This document shows, piece after piece, positions 12,574 to 28,719 of a stretch of DNA of 64,000 nucleotides; the first letter of the stretch is position 1, and each line of letters begins with the position of its first letter. The DNA comes from the human T2T-CHM13v2.0 reference genome, Homo sapiens. The position numbers and the translations under genes were made by a program. The stretch lies in NCBI RefSeq assembly GCF_009914755.1, contig NC_060925.1; one strand, given 5' to 3'. The notes under the pieces are model-generated. The model searched no databases. It was not told where the DNA came from and was given only the letters and a program-made list of their open reading frames with translations.

Positions 12574-15458
12574 AAAATGACCACTTTTTACTGCCAGACC
12601 TCAGTTCCCTCATCTGTAAAATGATGACGTTATCCATCATTTTAGATGTTTTTTGAGCTATTTCCAGCTATAAAATTAAATCATTCCACTTGATTATTTA
12701 TTTCTCTATAAAATTTTTGTTTCCAACTCCTTATCCATTGTTCTCTATGGCTGTCAGACTATCTTATGTGCAGTAAGCCTTGATAAATGAGTACTAATTG
12801 CCAAACAACAAACTACAGCAGAATTTACTGCTTCTTTGTATCTTCAGTATTTTAGTGAGTAGATATGGTCAGAATTCTGGGTACTCCTCCATCACGGGAT
12901 GCAACTATTTTCACGCTCAGTTTTAAAACTAACCTTCTAATCTATCCATCACTTTATCACAATTCTATACTAGAAAAGCACCAGGCAAATCTTAAATATT
13001 AATCCATAGGACAAGTTGTTGAATATTGGGAGACCCAAAAAGCTACCCTTTCCCAGTCACCTTAGCACTTTACCCATGCTTTTAAGACAGGGTTCATCAT
13101 ATTGCATTATGGTCATTGACTTATGTTTCTGTTTTTCTACTTGGATATGAGAACTTTTTGATGGTAGGAATTTAGTCTTAAATACTTTTTAACCCCTGTG
13201 CCTAGCACAATGCTTGGCAATATAGTAAACATTTAAAAATATTTGCCAAAGTGAACTAAAAATATCTTGATTTTGTTCTTTACAAATCTGCTAACATTTA
13301 CCTCCCAGTCAATGCTAATCATAACCAAAGTTTTAAAGAGATGTGGTGAAGTTCACATGGCAGCCAAATAGGATTTTACTATTGTACACATACTTTCCTC
13401 ATTTGTTCACAGGGAGGCTGTGATGAGGCAATTTAAGTAAATGCCTAAGATTTGCAGTTACGGATATTAGGGAAAAAAAATGTAAGGAAACCTGTGGTAA
13501 CTTATAAAAACTCCATAAATGCCTAATTATAACATATTTTCCTTTAGGCTAGTAAATATGGTTTTGAAAACTATGTTTTAGGAACAGTCATCTCTACAGT
13601 GTCATTTCCTTTTCATTTTGTTCTGCTTTCACTCTTTCCCTAAGACCCTCTCATTGACTAAAGCCAACTCAGGTCCCATAGTACCTCAGATCAAGCTCAG
13701 CACGGCATTAGGGTAAAAACTGGGACTGTTCTGCCGAGGGAGCTTATATAACATTGTGAATTAGAATAAGTGTCGCTTTAATTCCAAGTGTTGCAAGTTA
13801 CTTAAATTATCTAATGTTTAGTTCTTTTGCCTAGAAATTTGGACTGATAAAATAGTATATCCTAAGACTTTTTGAGATGATTAAATATACTAATGCATGT
13901 GAGTCACTTAGCACAGCATTTGGCATAGAACACGGCTTCTTTAAAGTTAGTTCTAACTACACAATCATTTTTCCAACCCACCGCCCATGTTCCCTAGCTT
14001 CGAACATTACATTGAAACATACAAAAAATTCCCCGCAAGTTACTAAGGAATTACTACACCCACAACCTTCTATATTCTACCTCTGGGGACAAGAATTGCC
14101 AATTTTATATTTATCTGAAAAATGAAGAAAACATTAAGTGGGGAGGAGAAATGCATGCAATATTTGTGGCTACCCTCTGCTGACTAATGTGCAGTATTAC
14201 AGTCAGAGATGCAAGGTGCACTAGGACACAGTATCCCACCCAGTCCGTGAAAACCTTCATCCATAATCCATATCCTCCTGGCTCCATAGGTCCCTCCCTT
14301 CCTGTGCACCCATCTGTGGAATCCATGCTGCAACTGTTTTCAGTTTCAACCTTGACACAATAGTCCACTCACCAATATTTAGATAACAATGATGTAATGA
14401 AAGTCTCTCATGTTTAGGTTTCTGTTTGGTTGGTTGTTTTGGTTTTAACTTTATCCCCCCTCTCAAATTTAGTTCCTTTTTTTTCTATTTCTTGCTCCAT
14501 TTGAGCCTTTTGCTTTTGTAAAAGGCAGAAAAATATTTGTGTTTGATTTCCTGATGCAAGAATAATAGTTGGAGATTAAGGGATAATTAGAACAAAGAAA
14601 TCGAATGTATGTAAAAGAATTATTAGTGACTTAATTCATTTATTCCTTACTGATTAACTCATTGGTCATGTTTACTGTGTCAGGCAGTATGCAGTAAATA
14701 TACAAACACCATTAGGTTTGCTCCTTGCTTTCAAGGTGCTTTTAGCCCGGAGAGGTCTTAGATGTGGAAACAATCACAAACGGGTGCTTAAAGACAGACT
14801 GTCCAGAAAGCAGCAGAACTCTCACAGAGGAGCACCAGTGTCCACAACGGTAGATCAGGGGGAACTTCTCAGAGGAGGCAAATGTGGAACTAGAGAATGA
14901 GCAGCAGTCAGTCAGTTGGGCTAGAAAAGAATGAGCGTTCCAGAGGGAAGGGTGGGTGCGTGTTATTTTAAGGGATGTAAAAGTAGTTTGTACTGCAAGA
15001 GGGTGAAATGTGAGACAGCAGAAAGCCCATTCAAAGAAGTTACTCTGCTTCCCTTCCAGATAGAGGGATGGATGTTGGAGGGACCTCTATACAGTACCTA
15101 GCTTGCAGCAAAGTTGGTATGAAAACAAACAAGAGATAAAACTATTGAAAAGCGCCTTTCAAAAACTGTCTGTATTTAAAGACGTGGCATCCTATCATAT
15201 GAACACAATGTATCTCACATTTTCTTTTACTATTTCAGAATGCATTTTCTGTGAAAACACCATTTATAAATGGTAGTTAAATGCTCAAGACATACCACAA
15301 AATCCTTTTAAAACCAGGATGAATCAGTACCCTACTACTATTTTATCTATATCACTGCTTAAATAGAGTTTTTTGTGGAATGATCTAGAAATCAACTATC
15401 ATTTATAACATTGCCAAGAGAAAATCGTATTCCATTTCTTCAGAGCAGACTAACATAC

Positions 15459-15493
15459 CAGAACATCAGGTTACTCTTTTCCTCATATTTGCC
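15459..15493 (-). CDS. RGS5: Candidate alternative RGS5 35-nt exon (GKYEEKSNLMF-W)
   Basis: Strong acceptor (atcttttctcccttacatttccag|G) and donor (TG|gtatgt). Enters in phase 0 and exits in phase 2, matching exon 2. Confidence 0.65.
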
Positions 15494-16694
15494 CTGGAAA
15501 TGTAAGGGAGAAAAGATATTCAGTGCTTTGGAAAACACTTCTTTCTATGGCTTCAGTTTCTGGCTTGGTATAGGCTCAAGTATAGAGCATTATAAAGTTA
15601 AGAGTATTTAAGTTGTGAAGTCTATTAAATTTAATTAGGAGTTCATTGTTCAGGGAATGACTAATGTTATTGCATTTCTGCTCATACAACAGTAAAGTTT
15701 AAAGGCCGAGGAGCTGAGAAATGCTGAAGTTCAAATCACTTTAAACATTGCACTCTTTTCACAAGACTAAATAATGTTAGATTTGTTTTACTCCTCAAGA
15801 ATCCCTGGAATATTATTTCATCCCCCGTTTCCCTTTCCTCCCTACCATAGCCTCACAGACATATGAAAATAAAACAAACCAAATGAAAAATTCAAACAAA
15901 ACAATAGCTCCAGCTTACCAAACTATTTTCCCTTTATAGATAAACTTGAATGTATCTGACATTAATTTGGCATCAAAAACAACACCATCCAGAGAAGATA
16001 ATTTTCTAATTTGTTTACAATTTCCTGCTTGGTCTCGGGCTCTATTTGACTGCACACTAGACATTTTTTCCTGGCCACATTACATTAATGCTCATTAACA
16101 AGAAACTATTTTTATCTCCTGTCATCTCTCTTCCTCCTCTTGTTATTCTTTTGTTTTACAAAGAAAAACTTGTTTTGAAATAAAATCAATTGAAAATGCT
16201 TGAGTTAAAGTTTAATTAAAGGCTCAGAGGAAGATAATTCTTTGTCTAGATGACTCACATTAGTGATTCCAAACTGAAAACGGTTTGAATAATTCTGGGG
16301 CTTTGCAGTTTTAAATCTGCTCCCTGTGTGGGTATGCTGGCTGGCTGGGAAGTCAAAACTCAAAAGGCCACGGACCACCTCAGTCCTTCCTGCTAGTGCG
16401 TGAATTTAATGGGTTATCACCTTAAGATGCATAAGTGTGGAAAACCAGCACAAGCAATCACTAAAAACAGAAACATGGTTAAATTTTGAGAAATACAATT
16501 ATATTCCACCAGAATGTGTGAAGAACCAATTATATATAAAATCTTATACTAGGTGTTTCAAGGGTTACAGAGTTGTTTCTCGCTTCAGAGACACTTGGAA
16601 CAATTGAATATAAAACACATATATGTAAACTGTATAGCAGATATTTTTCCAATCACTGATGAAGGTAGGTGGAGTATAAAAACAAAAGAACGTA

Positions 16695-17005
16695 GGCCTG
16701 GCACAGTGGCTCATGCCTGTAATCCCAGCACTTTAGGAGGCCGAGGTGGGTGGATCATGAGGTCACGCATTCAAGACCAGCCTGGCCAAGATGGTGAAAC
16801 CCCATCTCTACTGAAAATACAAAAAAAATTAGCCAAGCGTGGTGGCAGGCACCTGTAATCCCAACTACTCGGGAGGCTGAGGCAGAGAATTGCTTGAACC
16901 CAGGAGGTGGAGGTTGCAGTAAGCCAAGATCATGCCGCTGCACTCCAGCCTGGACAACAGAGCAAGACTCCATCTCTAAATAAATAAATAAACAAACAAA
17001 CAAAC
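16695..17005 (+). mobile_element. AluS
   Basis: Full dimer with (TAAA)/(CAAA) tail. Confidence 0.95.
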
Positions 17006-17089
17006 ATAGACTGTAACCTCAAGGAGCCCTAACTTCCCAATGTGCAATGGGAGATATTATATACCTAAAAACTGCTCCTAATATATCCT

Positions 17090-17330
17090 CAGAGCCCTCT
17101 GAATTTTCCATTCATGGCATTTTTCAATTGGCATTTATATCTCCATATGTATATGTATATGCGAATATTGTCTATCTCTCCCATTAAAGTGTCAGGTCCC
17201 CAAGAGCAGAGTGAACATTTGTTTAGTTCACAATTACAGCTTCAGCACTTAGCACAGGGCCTGGCATTTAATAGCATTCAATAAAGATTTGCCATGTAAA
17301 TTGATGAATGAGCAAATGAATGAATGAACT
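17090..17330 (+). mobile_element. L2 3' end
   Basis: tagcacagggcctggca...aataaa...(tgaa)n terminus. Confidence 0.65.
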
Positions 17331-17883
17331 GAATTGCTAGGTTATAGTAAAGCTGCATTTTGGGGTGGAGTAGGTGAAATATTGGAGTGCAGCTTAGAAT
17401 GAGTCACGGAGGACTAAGATGTCTCTAATTTGCTAACTGGACAGAGGTAACACCATTAAATGACTATAAGCACTATAAAGTAAGTGAATTCAATTTCTGT
17501 CCTTGAAAGAGATTGAGAATGGTCAAGTGGGGCATTTAGTTCCTCATATTATATAGGACATATGCTGATGAGAAGAGGCAGGGAGGATAATTGCAATCAC
17601 TAGCAATCTGAAAAGAATCAATTATAAGACCATAATTTTTCAGGATTTAAAAGAAACAGAAGTAGCCCTGGGGCATAGGCTATTCCTGTGGTTGAAAGGC
17701 TTTCGGCAATCACAAACAGGTTTCGCTGTAGACGCCAGACATATGTCAGGAACAGCGAGAAGGAAGAAGAGAGGGAGGAGAGTTGAGAAGCATAAGGCAA
17801 GATTTTTACAACACATTTCCAAAAGAGGTGTCCTAACATCGGATAATCCAATTTAAATTCAATGCAATTTAAATCCGTGTCGC

Positions 17884-17902
17884 AGATGCCCCCTGCTGGC
17901 TG
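17884..17902 (-). promoter_or_regulatory. CTCF-like motif (CAGCCAGCAGGGGGCATCT)
   Basis: Close match to the CTCF core CCAGCAGGGGGC, in non-repeat sequence that retains CpGs. Confidence 0.6.
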
Positions 17903-19197
17903 TGGGAAGGCGTGAGCATTAGCAAAGAACTGAGCAAAGAGCAGATTGGTTCCAGGCTGCTTCCTTCTGAAGAAACACTACGAGGTTTCTTTCCACGGAC
18001 TAAAAAGAACATGTCTGGAATAGATACCCAGGAAAGAGAAACACAAGCTTCTAAAACACTCGCTAGCCGTCAATGTCCACAGCCGAGAGTAAGACATTTG
18101 CCGGATTAGAGACCAGAGGAGAGAGGAGCTCCTCTGAGTTCCGTGCAGCTGAGAACTAATCTGAGAGGTAGAACCCAGCAGAGACTGACAGAGGGAAGAG
18201 GGCCCAGAGGGTCCCTGCGCGGGCCTATCAAGAGGGAGAATGCATTTTGCTGAAAGCTGGAACAGCTTTCTTCCTGGCTGCTCATTTAAAACTTCATATC
18301 AGTGGAGTTTGCTCCTTGTAGGTGGCTCCGAGACAGGGTAATGGATGATCTTGAAAACCCTTAGCGGGAGTATAAGAATATGCTAGTGGAAAGTCGGCTC
18401 AGTTCTGGGGCTGAAATCCTCAACTTGCCAGGATCCTCAGCATGGCCCCTAAAATCAAGATGGACTCTTAACTGCAGAGAAAGGCAGTGCCGGGTGATTG
18501 TGGTGGAAAGAATCTATCATTTTGGCATCTACCATCTACCCTATTTCTGAATTTACCTACTTCAGTTTGAACTACAGAAAATTCACTCATTGCTTGTGCT
18601 TTAACAGCATATGAAAGAGAAGTTTAGTAATAGTGTGATATCATGTTAAAACATGTATTTATTTTCTTACTTGATTTATATAATTAATATATGATACATG
18701 ATGGAAAATGACTCTATGGTTAGTTAATATGAAATACTCCTCGGGTGCTCCAAATGATAAAAAGGTGAAGAAAACGCTAAGGAATATATAGTAGTAGTAG
18801 TATTAATGTGTTATGATATGACTTCAGAAATGAAAGCTCTGTTTCTAAACACAAGTGAATCATTCCCTAGCAGTGTTTTAGGCTTTCACTCATATTAGTG
18901 ATTAATTACATAATAAGCCCCTTCAAACTATAAGATGGCTGAAAAGATGGAACTGACAATGTCATTTGTGTCAAATATATTCACAGAAAGCACGTTTATC
19001 TATTATACCCTTTCAACTCTTGATATGTTCTAACGTTTCCCTTCAGCAGATTGTCTTAATAACAACTCTTTTCATTTTTATGTTCAAGCTGTTACCTCAG
19101 CTACCCCAGGTTAGCTCATTTTCAGTAAGGGACCATCACAAGTAACCTGCAGTAACAGACTAGGAAGTCTCCCAGGGTTCTTGTTTAAATAAGCTGA

Positions 19198-19587
<390 letters not shown>

Positions 19588-20922
19588 TTATTTATTCAAC
19601 AAATTAAAAGTATGTTTACTGAATGCCTACCACATGATGTATGCTATAATATGTTTTGATATTTTCAACGAAATAAAAAAGATAAGGTCCTCTCATTGAG
19701 TTTATGTTTAAATTGGGCAAGACAGATACAAAACAAGAAATGAAAAACAATGAAATAAAAAATTTTAGCTGGTTGTAATCACTACAATATGACATGATGT
19801 ATGTCATAGTTAATTCAGCTACTTGACCTAATCAAGCATTCACATCTCAACAGTGGTCAGCAAACTCTTTAGAAAGACCATGCTCCAAAGGTGGCTGCTG
19901 TAGCTGCCTCAGCTATCCCTATAGAGATCGAAATCAGATGCTTTGCCAACTAGCAGGACGCGTGCTAGAAGTGAGTGTTTACACGTAGGCTTGTTCATTA
20001 GATAATGGGCTCTCCAGTCACAATAATATTCAAGTTATTTGGACTTGTGACACTATTGTGGAAACCCCCACCCATTCCATAGAAAGGTTTTGAAAATGTA
20101 ATTCACTCTTAACCCTTAGAGATGGCACCTGTGGCTTGATTCCCACAAAGTCCTCTATCCAGACATTGATGCTAAGATTTCTTGTTGCCTGATATCAACT
20201 AAAAGATATTAGAATCCCAGCTTAGAATATTATTGTATCTGAGCAAACCCTTCATACAAGGTGTAGTCAGGGCAGAAAGAACTAGGACTTTATTGAGATT
20301 ATAGAATAAGTCATACAAACATTTTACATGAGCTTGTTAATAAGTATTTGTCCAAAAAGTATGGCACAGTTGGATTTCATTATGCATAGGGTGGTCTTGC
20401 TTTCATAAACCTGGCCCTACTTGTTGGGCATCCTCTTCTTCAGTCACCTGGGGGAGAAACACACTTTATCTCCCAGATCCCTGATATATCCAAGTGTGGA
20501 GGACCACATGAGGTCACCAGACTTTCATTTAATCATACAATTCCTTAATCTAGGTGCAAGGACTCCACCCATGATCACGCAGTCACCCCTCTCCACGGCA
20601 AACACGCAGAAAACAAGTGATCTGTAGCAACTCTTAAAGATAATAATAATAGCTTAAATACATATTAATGTATCGGGTGTTAATGCATATATTCCTCCAC
20701 ATGTAATTTTTCCTCTTTAAAGACTGTTGCCAGGCATTTCATGCTTTCTTGCCTCTGAGGGAGTTGTGTTGTGACGTCAAAAGCAAATGATAATTGACAA
20801 GAGTATCCCATTTTGGTATTTGTTTTCCAAAACCCCAAAATCACTGAGATACGCCAGCTTGTTCCCAGAGAGAAGGAGTGAAAGACTACTGTGTTTGATG
20901 AGTGGCAAAGAAAGAAACAGAA

Positions 20923-21258
<336 letters not shown>

Positions 21259-22094
21259 AAGAAGCAGAAAAATAGGGAAAAGAGAGAATCCCTGAGAAAA
21301 TGTCAGAGGACAGGGATTTAGGGTTCTATAACTAATCAAATCCTCATCTTCTCTAGCCACTTATGCATTTTCAGGAGTCCAGGGAGGTGGTAGGAGCACA
21401 GAAGGGTACAACAATGTAGTACGCCTAATGAGACTTGATCCTAAAAGCACCAGGGTTCCTACCCTTAACCAAGACGATACCTAAACCCACACAAGGGGCT
21501 CTAGCTTCAAGAGATTATGAAGCTTCGAACAAGAAACTGATAAATAATGATGCATTTATAAATTTTCAAAACCCAGCCATCTATAAGCATGAAAGGCCCC
21601 TACCCCAGCACACACACATACACACACACAAAGATTGCTTAAACTTAAACAGGAAGTGTTCAGGAGAACTTACCATAAAATGGTGATGAAACCATGGAAA
21701 TCGTGAACAATAAATGTGGTGAAGTTTCCATTACAGAAGAAAAGTCATCAAGAAAAGACTAGCAACCAGCTGTTTTGGATAACTAAGTCATATGACCACC
21801 TGGATCTGTCCAAGCAATATCATAAGATACTTTCCAGATCCCTATTCTATTACTACAGTCAAAAGTAACGTGTTGAATTGTGTTAAATCTTCCCCACATT
21901 TGAGAGAGACAATGTCCAACTCCCAACTGTGGCAAAAATCCTGTCTCAGATTATGTAACTGGAAGCTTGTAAAGCAAATACGATACACGTTAAAAAGACT
22001 GTTCCTAGAGAGAAAGTCAAGTGGAACATTGAACTCTTAGAAAATCCAATTAATACCAAAACTAAACTCTTGTTTTCTTAAAGCAAGAGACAGA

Positions 22095-22345
22095 ATGACA
22101 TAGTGGTAAAGGGCCTGGATATTGGAGGCAAACTGCCCCGATTCATCTTACTACATGTGTGACTTTTGGCAAGTTTTTAAACCTTACCTTGCCTTAGTTT
22201 TCTCATCTGTAAAATGAAGATAATAATGGTATCTATTTCATAAGCCTCTTGTGATTAAGTGAGTTACTATATGTGAAACACTAATATTAGTGCCCAGCAC
22301 ATGTACTATGGTACTCCATAAGTGGCAAGGTTTATTATTATTATT
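22095..22345 (+). mobile_element. MIR
   Basis: MIR core tgtgtgacttttggcaagtt...ttttctcatctgtaaaatg. Confidence 0.8.
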
Positions 22346-22889
22346 ACTTACAGAAAGTCCTGTGCCAATGAAGGAAACTGTCCAGATTATTAACAGAAAA
22401 AAATGACAGCTGTCAACATAGAACGTAACATAGAGCACAACAATTGGAAATAGAGAAAAACAGAACAAAACAGTACAACAGGAAAAGATTTGCCCTTGAC
22501 TAAATCCTATTATCAACTTAGTCAGTACTTTTATGGGTGATCTTGAATATGTTATTTGAGCTCTCCTGTTTTCTGCCAAAAAAGAAAAGGTAGAAAAAGA
22601 GAAAGGGAGGAAGGAAATAAGTTTAGTGAGAAAACCTCTAATAGCTCCTCCAGCTATAAAAAATTAAGATTTCAAGAGGATCACATTCAATATATTTACT
22701 ATATAAATGAGAGCAATCAAGGACCTGAGGTGTTCAATGCCTTGTGAATGGCACCATGTATTCCTTTTTACTCAACCCTTCTTCCCAATATCCCATTTTT
22801 ATGTAACTGTAATATTCTCCTTACTCTCATAATTTATAAATGCTCCAATCTACATTATTTAGACTTTCTTCTTCATTGCCAATAGCTAA

Positions 22890-23191
<302 letters not shown>

Positions 23192-23368
23192 TAAATGTGT
23201 CCTTGCTTCTTCATACCTATATTTACCACCCTTCTCCAGGTCTGAATTACTGTAACATCCCACCTGCCCATTTTCCTCTTCCTATTGCAGTGCCTTCAGC
23301 ACTCCCTATCAGACCAGCCTTGCAGAGACAATTTCCTCCTCACCTATAATGGTTCTCTGTGTTAACCA

Positions 23369-24081
<713 letters not shown>

Positions 24082-24719
24082 ATCTACCATAGCTACTTCA
24101 AACATCACTTTCTGCCTTCTAACATCCTCAGCTGCTAACCTTATTTCCCATTATTCTCCACAACCACATGTACACCTACTCCTGTTGCCCTCCTCAGTAT
24201 CTCCCAAGCACACCATCTTTTTCTCCCTCCACCTCTATGCCAGTTTAATACTCCAGGATCAGAACAAGTCTCACTCTTTTCTTGAAACCTCTGTAACTAC
24301 TCCATCCCAGACTGCTTTCTCTCTTATCTACTATAAAATTACAAAACAGAGGCATATTTAAGGGGCCTCAGGGAGCTTTTAATTTGCATCCCCCCATTTT
24401 AAAAGTGGAAAAACTGAGATTCACAGAAATTAAAAGATGTTTCCAAGTTCTCGTGGCCAGTAAGTTACAGAGCAAAGAACAGAACACATTTCTTCTTCTC
24501 AAGTTATGGATAGCACGTTTTCACGGAATGACTCTAGCTTTTTGTAAATGTATACCTAAGAGTCCCATATGTATGTACTCCCAGTTAGATAGCAAGCTCC
24601 TTGAGGATGGGTGCCTTGTCTTACTTCCTTGGTCTCCCCAAGGAAGACCAAGGAAGGTTATTTTAAATAACCTTAAAAATAACTAAGTACCGTAAAGTTG
24701 CTTTAACTCTTAGGATGAC

Positions 24720-24980
24720 ATAGATGATAAGACCACAGCTCCGCACTGCTTGGGTTTATATTCCAACTCTTACTTACCAGCAGAGTGACATTGGACAAAT
24801 TAAATTCCAACCCTTAATTTAAATTCCGACCCTTCATTTTTCTATGTAAAAATGGTGATAATAGAATTTCTAACTCATAGATATGTTGCGATGCTAAATA
24901 AGTTAATGCATTAATAGGTTTAGCATGGAACTTGGTGTATAGTATTATAAATACTCAGTAAATGTTACCTATTATTATTA
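24720..24980 (+). mobile_element. MIR
   Basis: Degenerate MIR core and 3' tail. Confidence 0.6.
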
Positions 24981-27447
24981 TTGTCACTATCATATTTGTC
25001 CTATCCCTATCACCGTATCTTGCATGTATGTGTTGATTAATAATATGTTAATTGAATGGATAAATGGATAGGATAGGATAGGATAGGCTCAAGAAAGATC
25101 TATTTGACTAGCATTCAAGGTAAACTCCTTTCAGAAGATTTCCACCTCATAATAATGCAACCAATTCTGATAGCAAAGAGAAGATACACTGCTGGCCTCT
25201 TCATTGGGAACTCCTATGGAGTGACAAAGAAAGCAAGTGTGGAGACCTCCACTGCTGCCTAGTTCAGCTCAATTACATTGTATTATCACCTCCCTGGTGC
25301 TGTCATTTTACTTTAGTTTTTAAAAGAGTATTGTTTTTCCCAAGTACTGGCCACTCCCTACTCAAGGATTCCCGTGGAAATTGAGATATTTCCCATGCTT
25401 TTCTGGGCTGTCTCTGACATGCTATCCCTCAGAGTAGGTTACTGGGGGTAAGGAAGGAGACAGTGGAAGGACAAGACCAACAAGACAGAAACAGTTTATT
25501 TCTCTTTGACCTTAAATTCTCCCATCTTATTCCAAATGTTGTTGGCAGGATGGCTGGACTTTTGGCAATTCATTTTGGAAGCCAGATAATGAATAGTGGG
25601 AAAATTGTCCTCAGGTCAAGGAAGACAGGCATTTATGGTTTATTTTGAGTTCCAAAGGTGGAGGGGTCAGAAGGGATTCCCACGAGAGCTCCTCTGAACA
25701 CTGCAGTCATTCAAAGTCTTTGAGTGTCTCCATGTCCTCCTGCTTTGAATTATACTGCGGGACTTTATAGACTGAAAGTTTCTTATTGTACATGGCACTA
25801 GTAACTCATTTTATATACCACAAAAATATAAATGGGGTAATATTTATATTTAAATATAAAGGGGTAGTAAAAGGTATTGGAGAAGGAGGGAGGGAAAGAG
25901 GAGAAATGTAAAATTAATTGAGATCTTAATAAACATTAACATGTATTACATCACTTAATAAAACTACAGTTCCCAGAACTTTAATGTGTCCTCTCATAAT
26001 ACATTTACACAAAAGATACAAATTCATTACTACAAACAACAATACTTAGTCAATATTTATCTTTGCCAGCTTTTTAAAAGAGTTTGCTGAGGAAAATAAC
26101 ATAACAATGAGGAATAAGAGGACTGTTTCTGAAGCATAGAATTAGATCTCAAACCATTTCTTCTTTCTCCCCCCAAAATTTAACAGCCACTTATTATTCC
26201 CAAGATTTCTATTTTCAGGAACAATCTACTGATTCATGCATTCAATTCATTTATGTATTCATTTACTTGTCAGATTTTAATAGAGCAACCACCATTTGTC
26301 AGGCACTTTACTGGATGCTATGGGGTTGTTTTACAAAATTAATAAGCAATTATTCCTGACCTGAAATTGCTTTCATTTTACAAAGGAGACATGTATAGAT
26401 GCTTTTATTGAGATGCAGCTGTGATATGGCAGAAAGAGCCCTTGGTTTTGAATTAGCACACCTGAAGGTAAACTCAGGATTATGGAGTGCATTTTCTGTC
26501 CTTGGGCCAGATGTTTAACTTATTCGCTGGTAAAATAATAATGTTGATAATATCTACCTTGGAAGATTATGCTAAGAATTAAATTAGATAATATCAAATA
26601 CACAGACAAGTTGAGGAAAATTGAGTAAAAGTGATATAAACTACAAGAATAATTGAAAAGTTCTGTGAGAGTTTATAGAACGAAGGGATAGCTTCTCCCT
26701 GAGGGAGATCTTGCTGGGACCTTGCATGCCAGAGAAGGAAATGGTATTGGCTTGGATCCCAAAGCAGGCGCCCTCTTTCTGTCTTTCTCCCGTCTCTCCA
26801 GTGATTCCTTCCAATGTTTAATATGGAAGTTCACATTTCCCTAATAAGTTTTCTAAAAATTTCACATAAGTTTTCGAGGTACATGCAAATCACATTCCTG
26901 AAAACTTCTCCTCAGCATTCTTAGATGATTCCTTCCTTTTCCTCCCAATGAGCAATGCAGTCTGCCCTGTGGTTCTTGCACGTTGAGGACTAAAGAATAG
27001 AAACTCCCTTAAATTGTGTGGTTACTGGAATAGGAGTCTCTAAGTCAGAGATCTGGGCTTAATGGAGCAACAAAGTCTAGGAACCAAGCAAAAGGTCACC
27101 CTGTTGCCACAAGACAACAGGGTGTCTTTAGGCTGAGTACACTTTTCTAGACTGTAGACATGAACCATTTTAAACAAATAGAAATGTAATTTTATGTACT
27201 TCAAATGCAAGTCACAGGTGACAGGAGACCATCAGTTATAAAACACACCACCAAGGGAAACAAAAAGACCTGAGAACTTGGAGAAGCCACAGAGAGTGTT
27301 AGGAAGCTTTCCTGACCACCCCATCCCTCCAAAAAAAAAAAAAAAAGGGAAGAACAATGTCTGTTAAATGAAAAAGTATCTAGGTGACAGAAGAAGAGTT
27401 AGCAAGGCATAGACACAGAAATAAAAGGAGAAAGGGGAACAAGTCAG

Positions 27448-27873
27448 ATGGCCAAAGTTATATCCCCAAATCGCCCTCCATGGTGGCAGAAGGGACTTTG
27501 CAGAAGTGATAAGTTAAGGATCTTGAAGTGGGAATTTATCCTGGATTATCTAAGTTGGCCCAATATAATTACAAGAATCCTTGTAAGAAGAAGGCAGGAG
27601 GGTCAAGTCTGAAGGCAATATGACAATGAAATCAGACAGAAAGATTAAAAAATGCTATACTGCTGGCTGTAACATGAGTCAAGGAATGCAGGTGGCCTCT
27701 AGATGTTAGAAAAGGCAAATAAATCAATTTCCCCCAGAACCTCCAGGAGGAATGCAGCCCTAGGGATCCATTTTTGATTTCTGACTTCCAGAACTGTATG
27801 AGAATGGATTCATGTTGCTTTAAGTGACTAAGCTTGTGGCAACTGTTATAGCAGCAAATACGAAACTAATACA
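27448..27873 (+). mobile_element. MaLR LTR (MLT1D-like)
   Basis: agggactttgcaga...cctggattat...gttatagcagca...aaactaataca. Confidence 0.8.
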
Positions 27874-28719
27874 CCTCACTTAGCTTTTGTTTTTTAAACT
27901 TAGTTAACTATAGAAAATAGACTTAAAACCAGTCAGACTGTTCTGTGATCCTCATTCTACCATTCTATTTTCAGTTAATAGATAATCCTAATTCTTTTAA
28001 CCTCTTTTGAATTATCTGTTTCTCAGCCTTATCTAATCTTCCTCTCCTGAACCAGCTATTTGTTCCAATATTGCTCCTTCTCTCCTAAACCCAAAAGCTC
28101 AAACCAGGCAAGACAGGGTCCTATAGTCTTTATTTACACACACACACACACGCAGAGGGGTGTGAGTGGGCTTCATTTTTATGGCTATGTTACCTATGAA
28201 TTATTCCCTGGAGTCTTGCATATGGGAGTCATGGCTGCTTTTTTAAATCAAATTAATAACTAACAACTATAAAATTGTCCAGGAAGATCAGGGCTTTTGA
28301 CTTGAAATCATCTAAAAATTCCTAAAAGACAAGGTGAGAGTTCAGAAGAATGAATTCATCATCTGCTACAAATAGCTTCCCTTTCACGTAATCATATTCC
28401 ATCAAGAGTCCAGTTATCCTCTCAACCCCCCAGGCTCAACTTGGTTATCTGTGATCCTCCCTTCTCTCTTTCCTCCTGTCATCCAGCTGTCTCATTTACT
28501 TTCTAATGTTCCTTGCAAGGGGCCCTTTCATGGGAGTCCCATTCTTACACCTCTGTAGGGAGATGAAGATGATTCCTGATGCTTTCCAGTTCCCTGTTCT
28601 AGATCCTTTCTGAGGTTTGGCTGCAAGGTTGTTGCAACCTGAAGATAACTAAGAAAAAGCAAACATTAAGAGAAACCACACATTTCTCAGTTAACTGCAT
28701 GGTTCACTCAACACATGCA

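Noticed and set aside
11745-12640. 123-aa and 88-aa ORFs
   Set aside because: L1 ORF2 C-terminal fragments and their antisense; a truncated retrotransposon, not a gene.
19955-19990. HRE-like TACGTG (minus strand) next to a FOX motif TGTTTAC
   Set aside because: Short motifs cannot be supported without ChIP or conservation data.
27097-27124. 10-bp inverted repeat CACCCTGTTG-n8-CAACAGGGTG
   Set aside because: Short enough to occur by chance in 64 kb; no other support.
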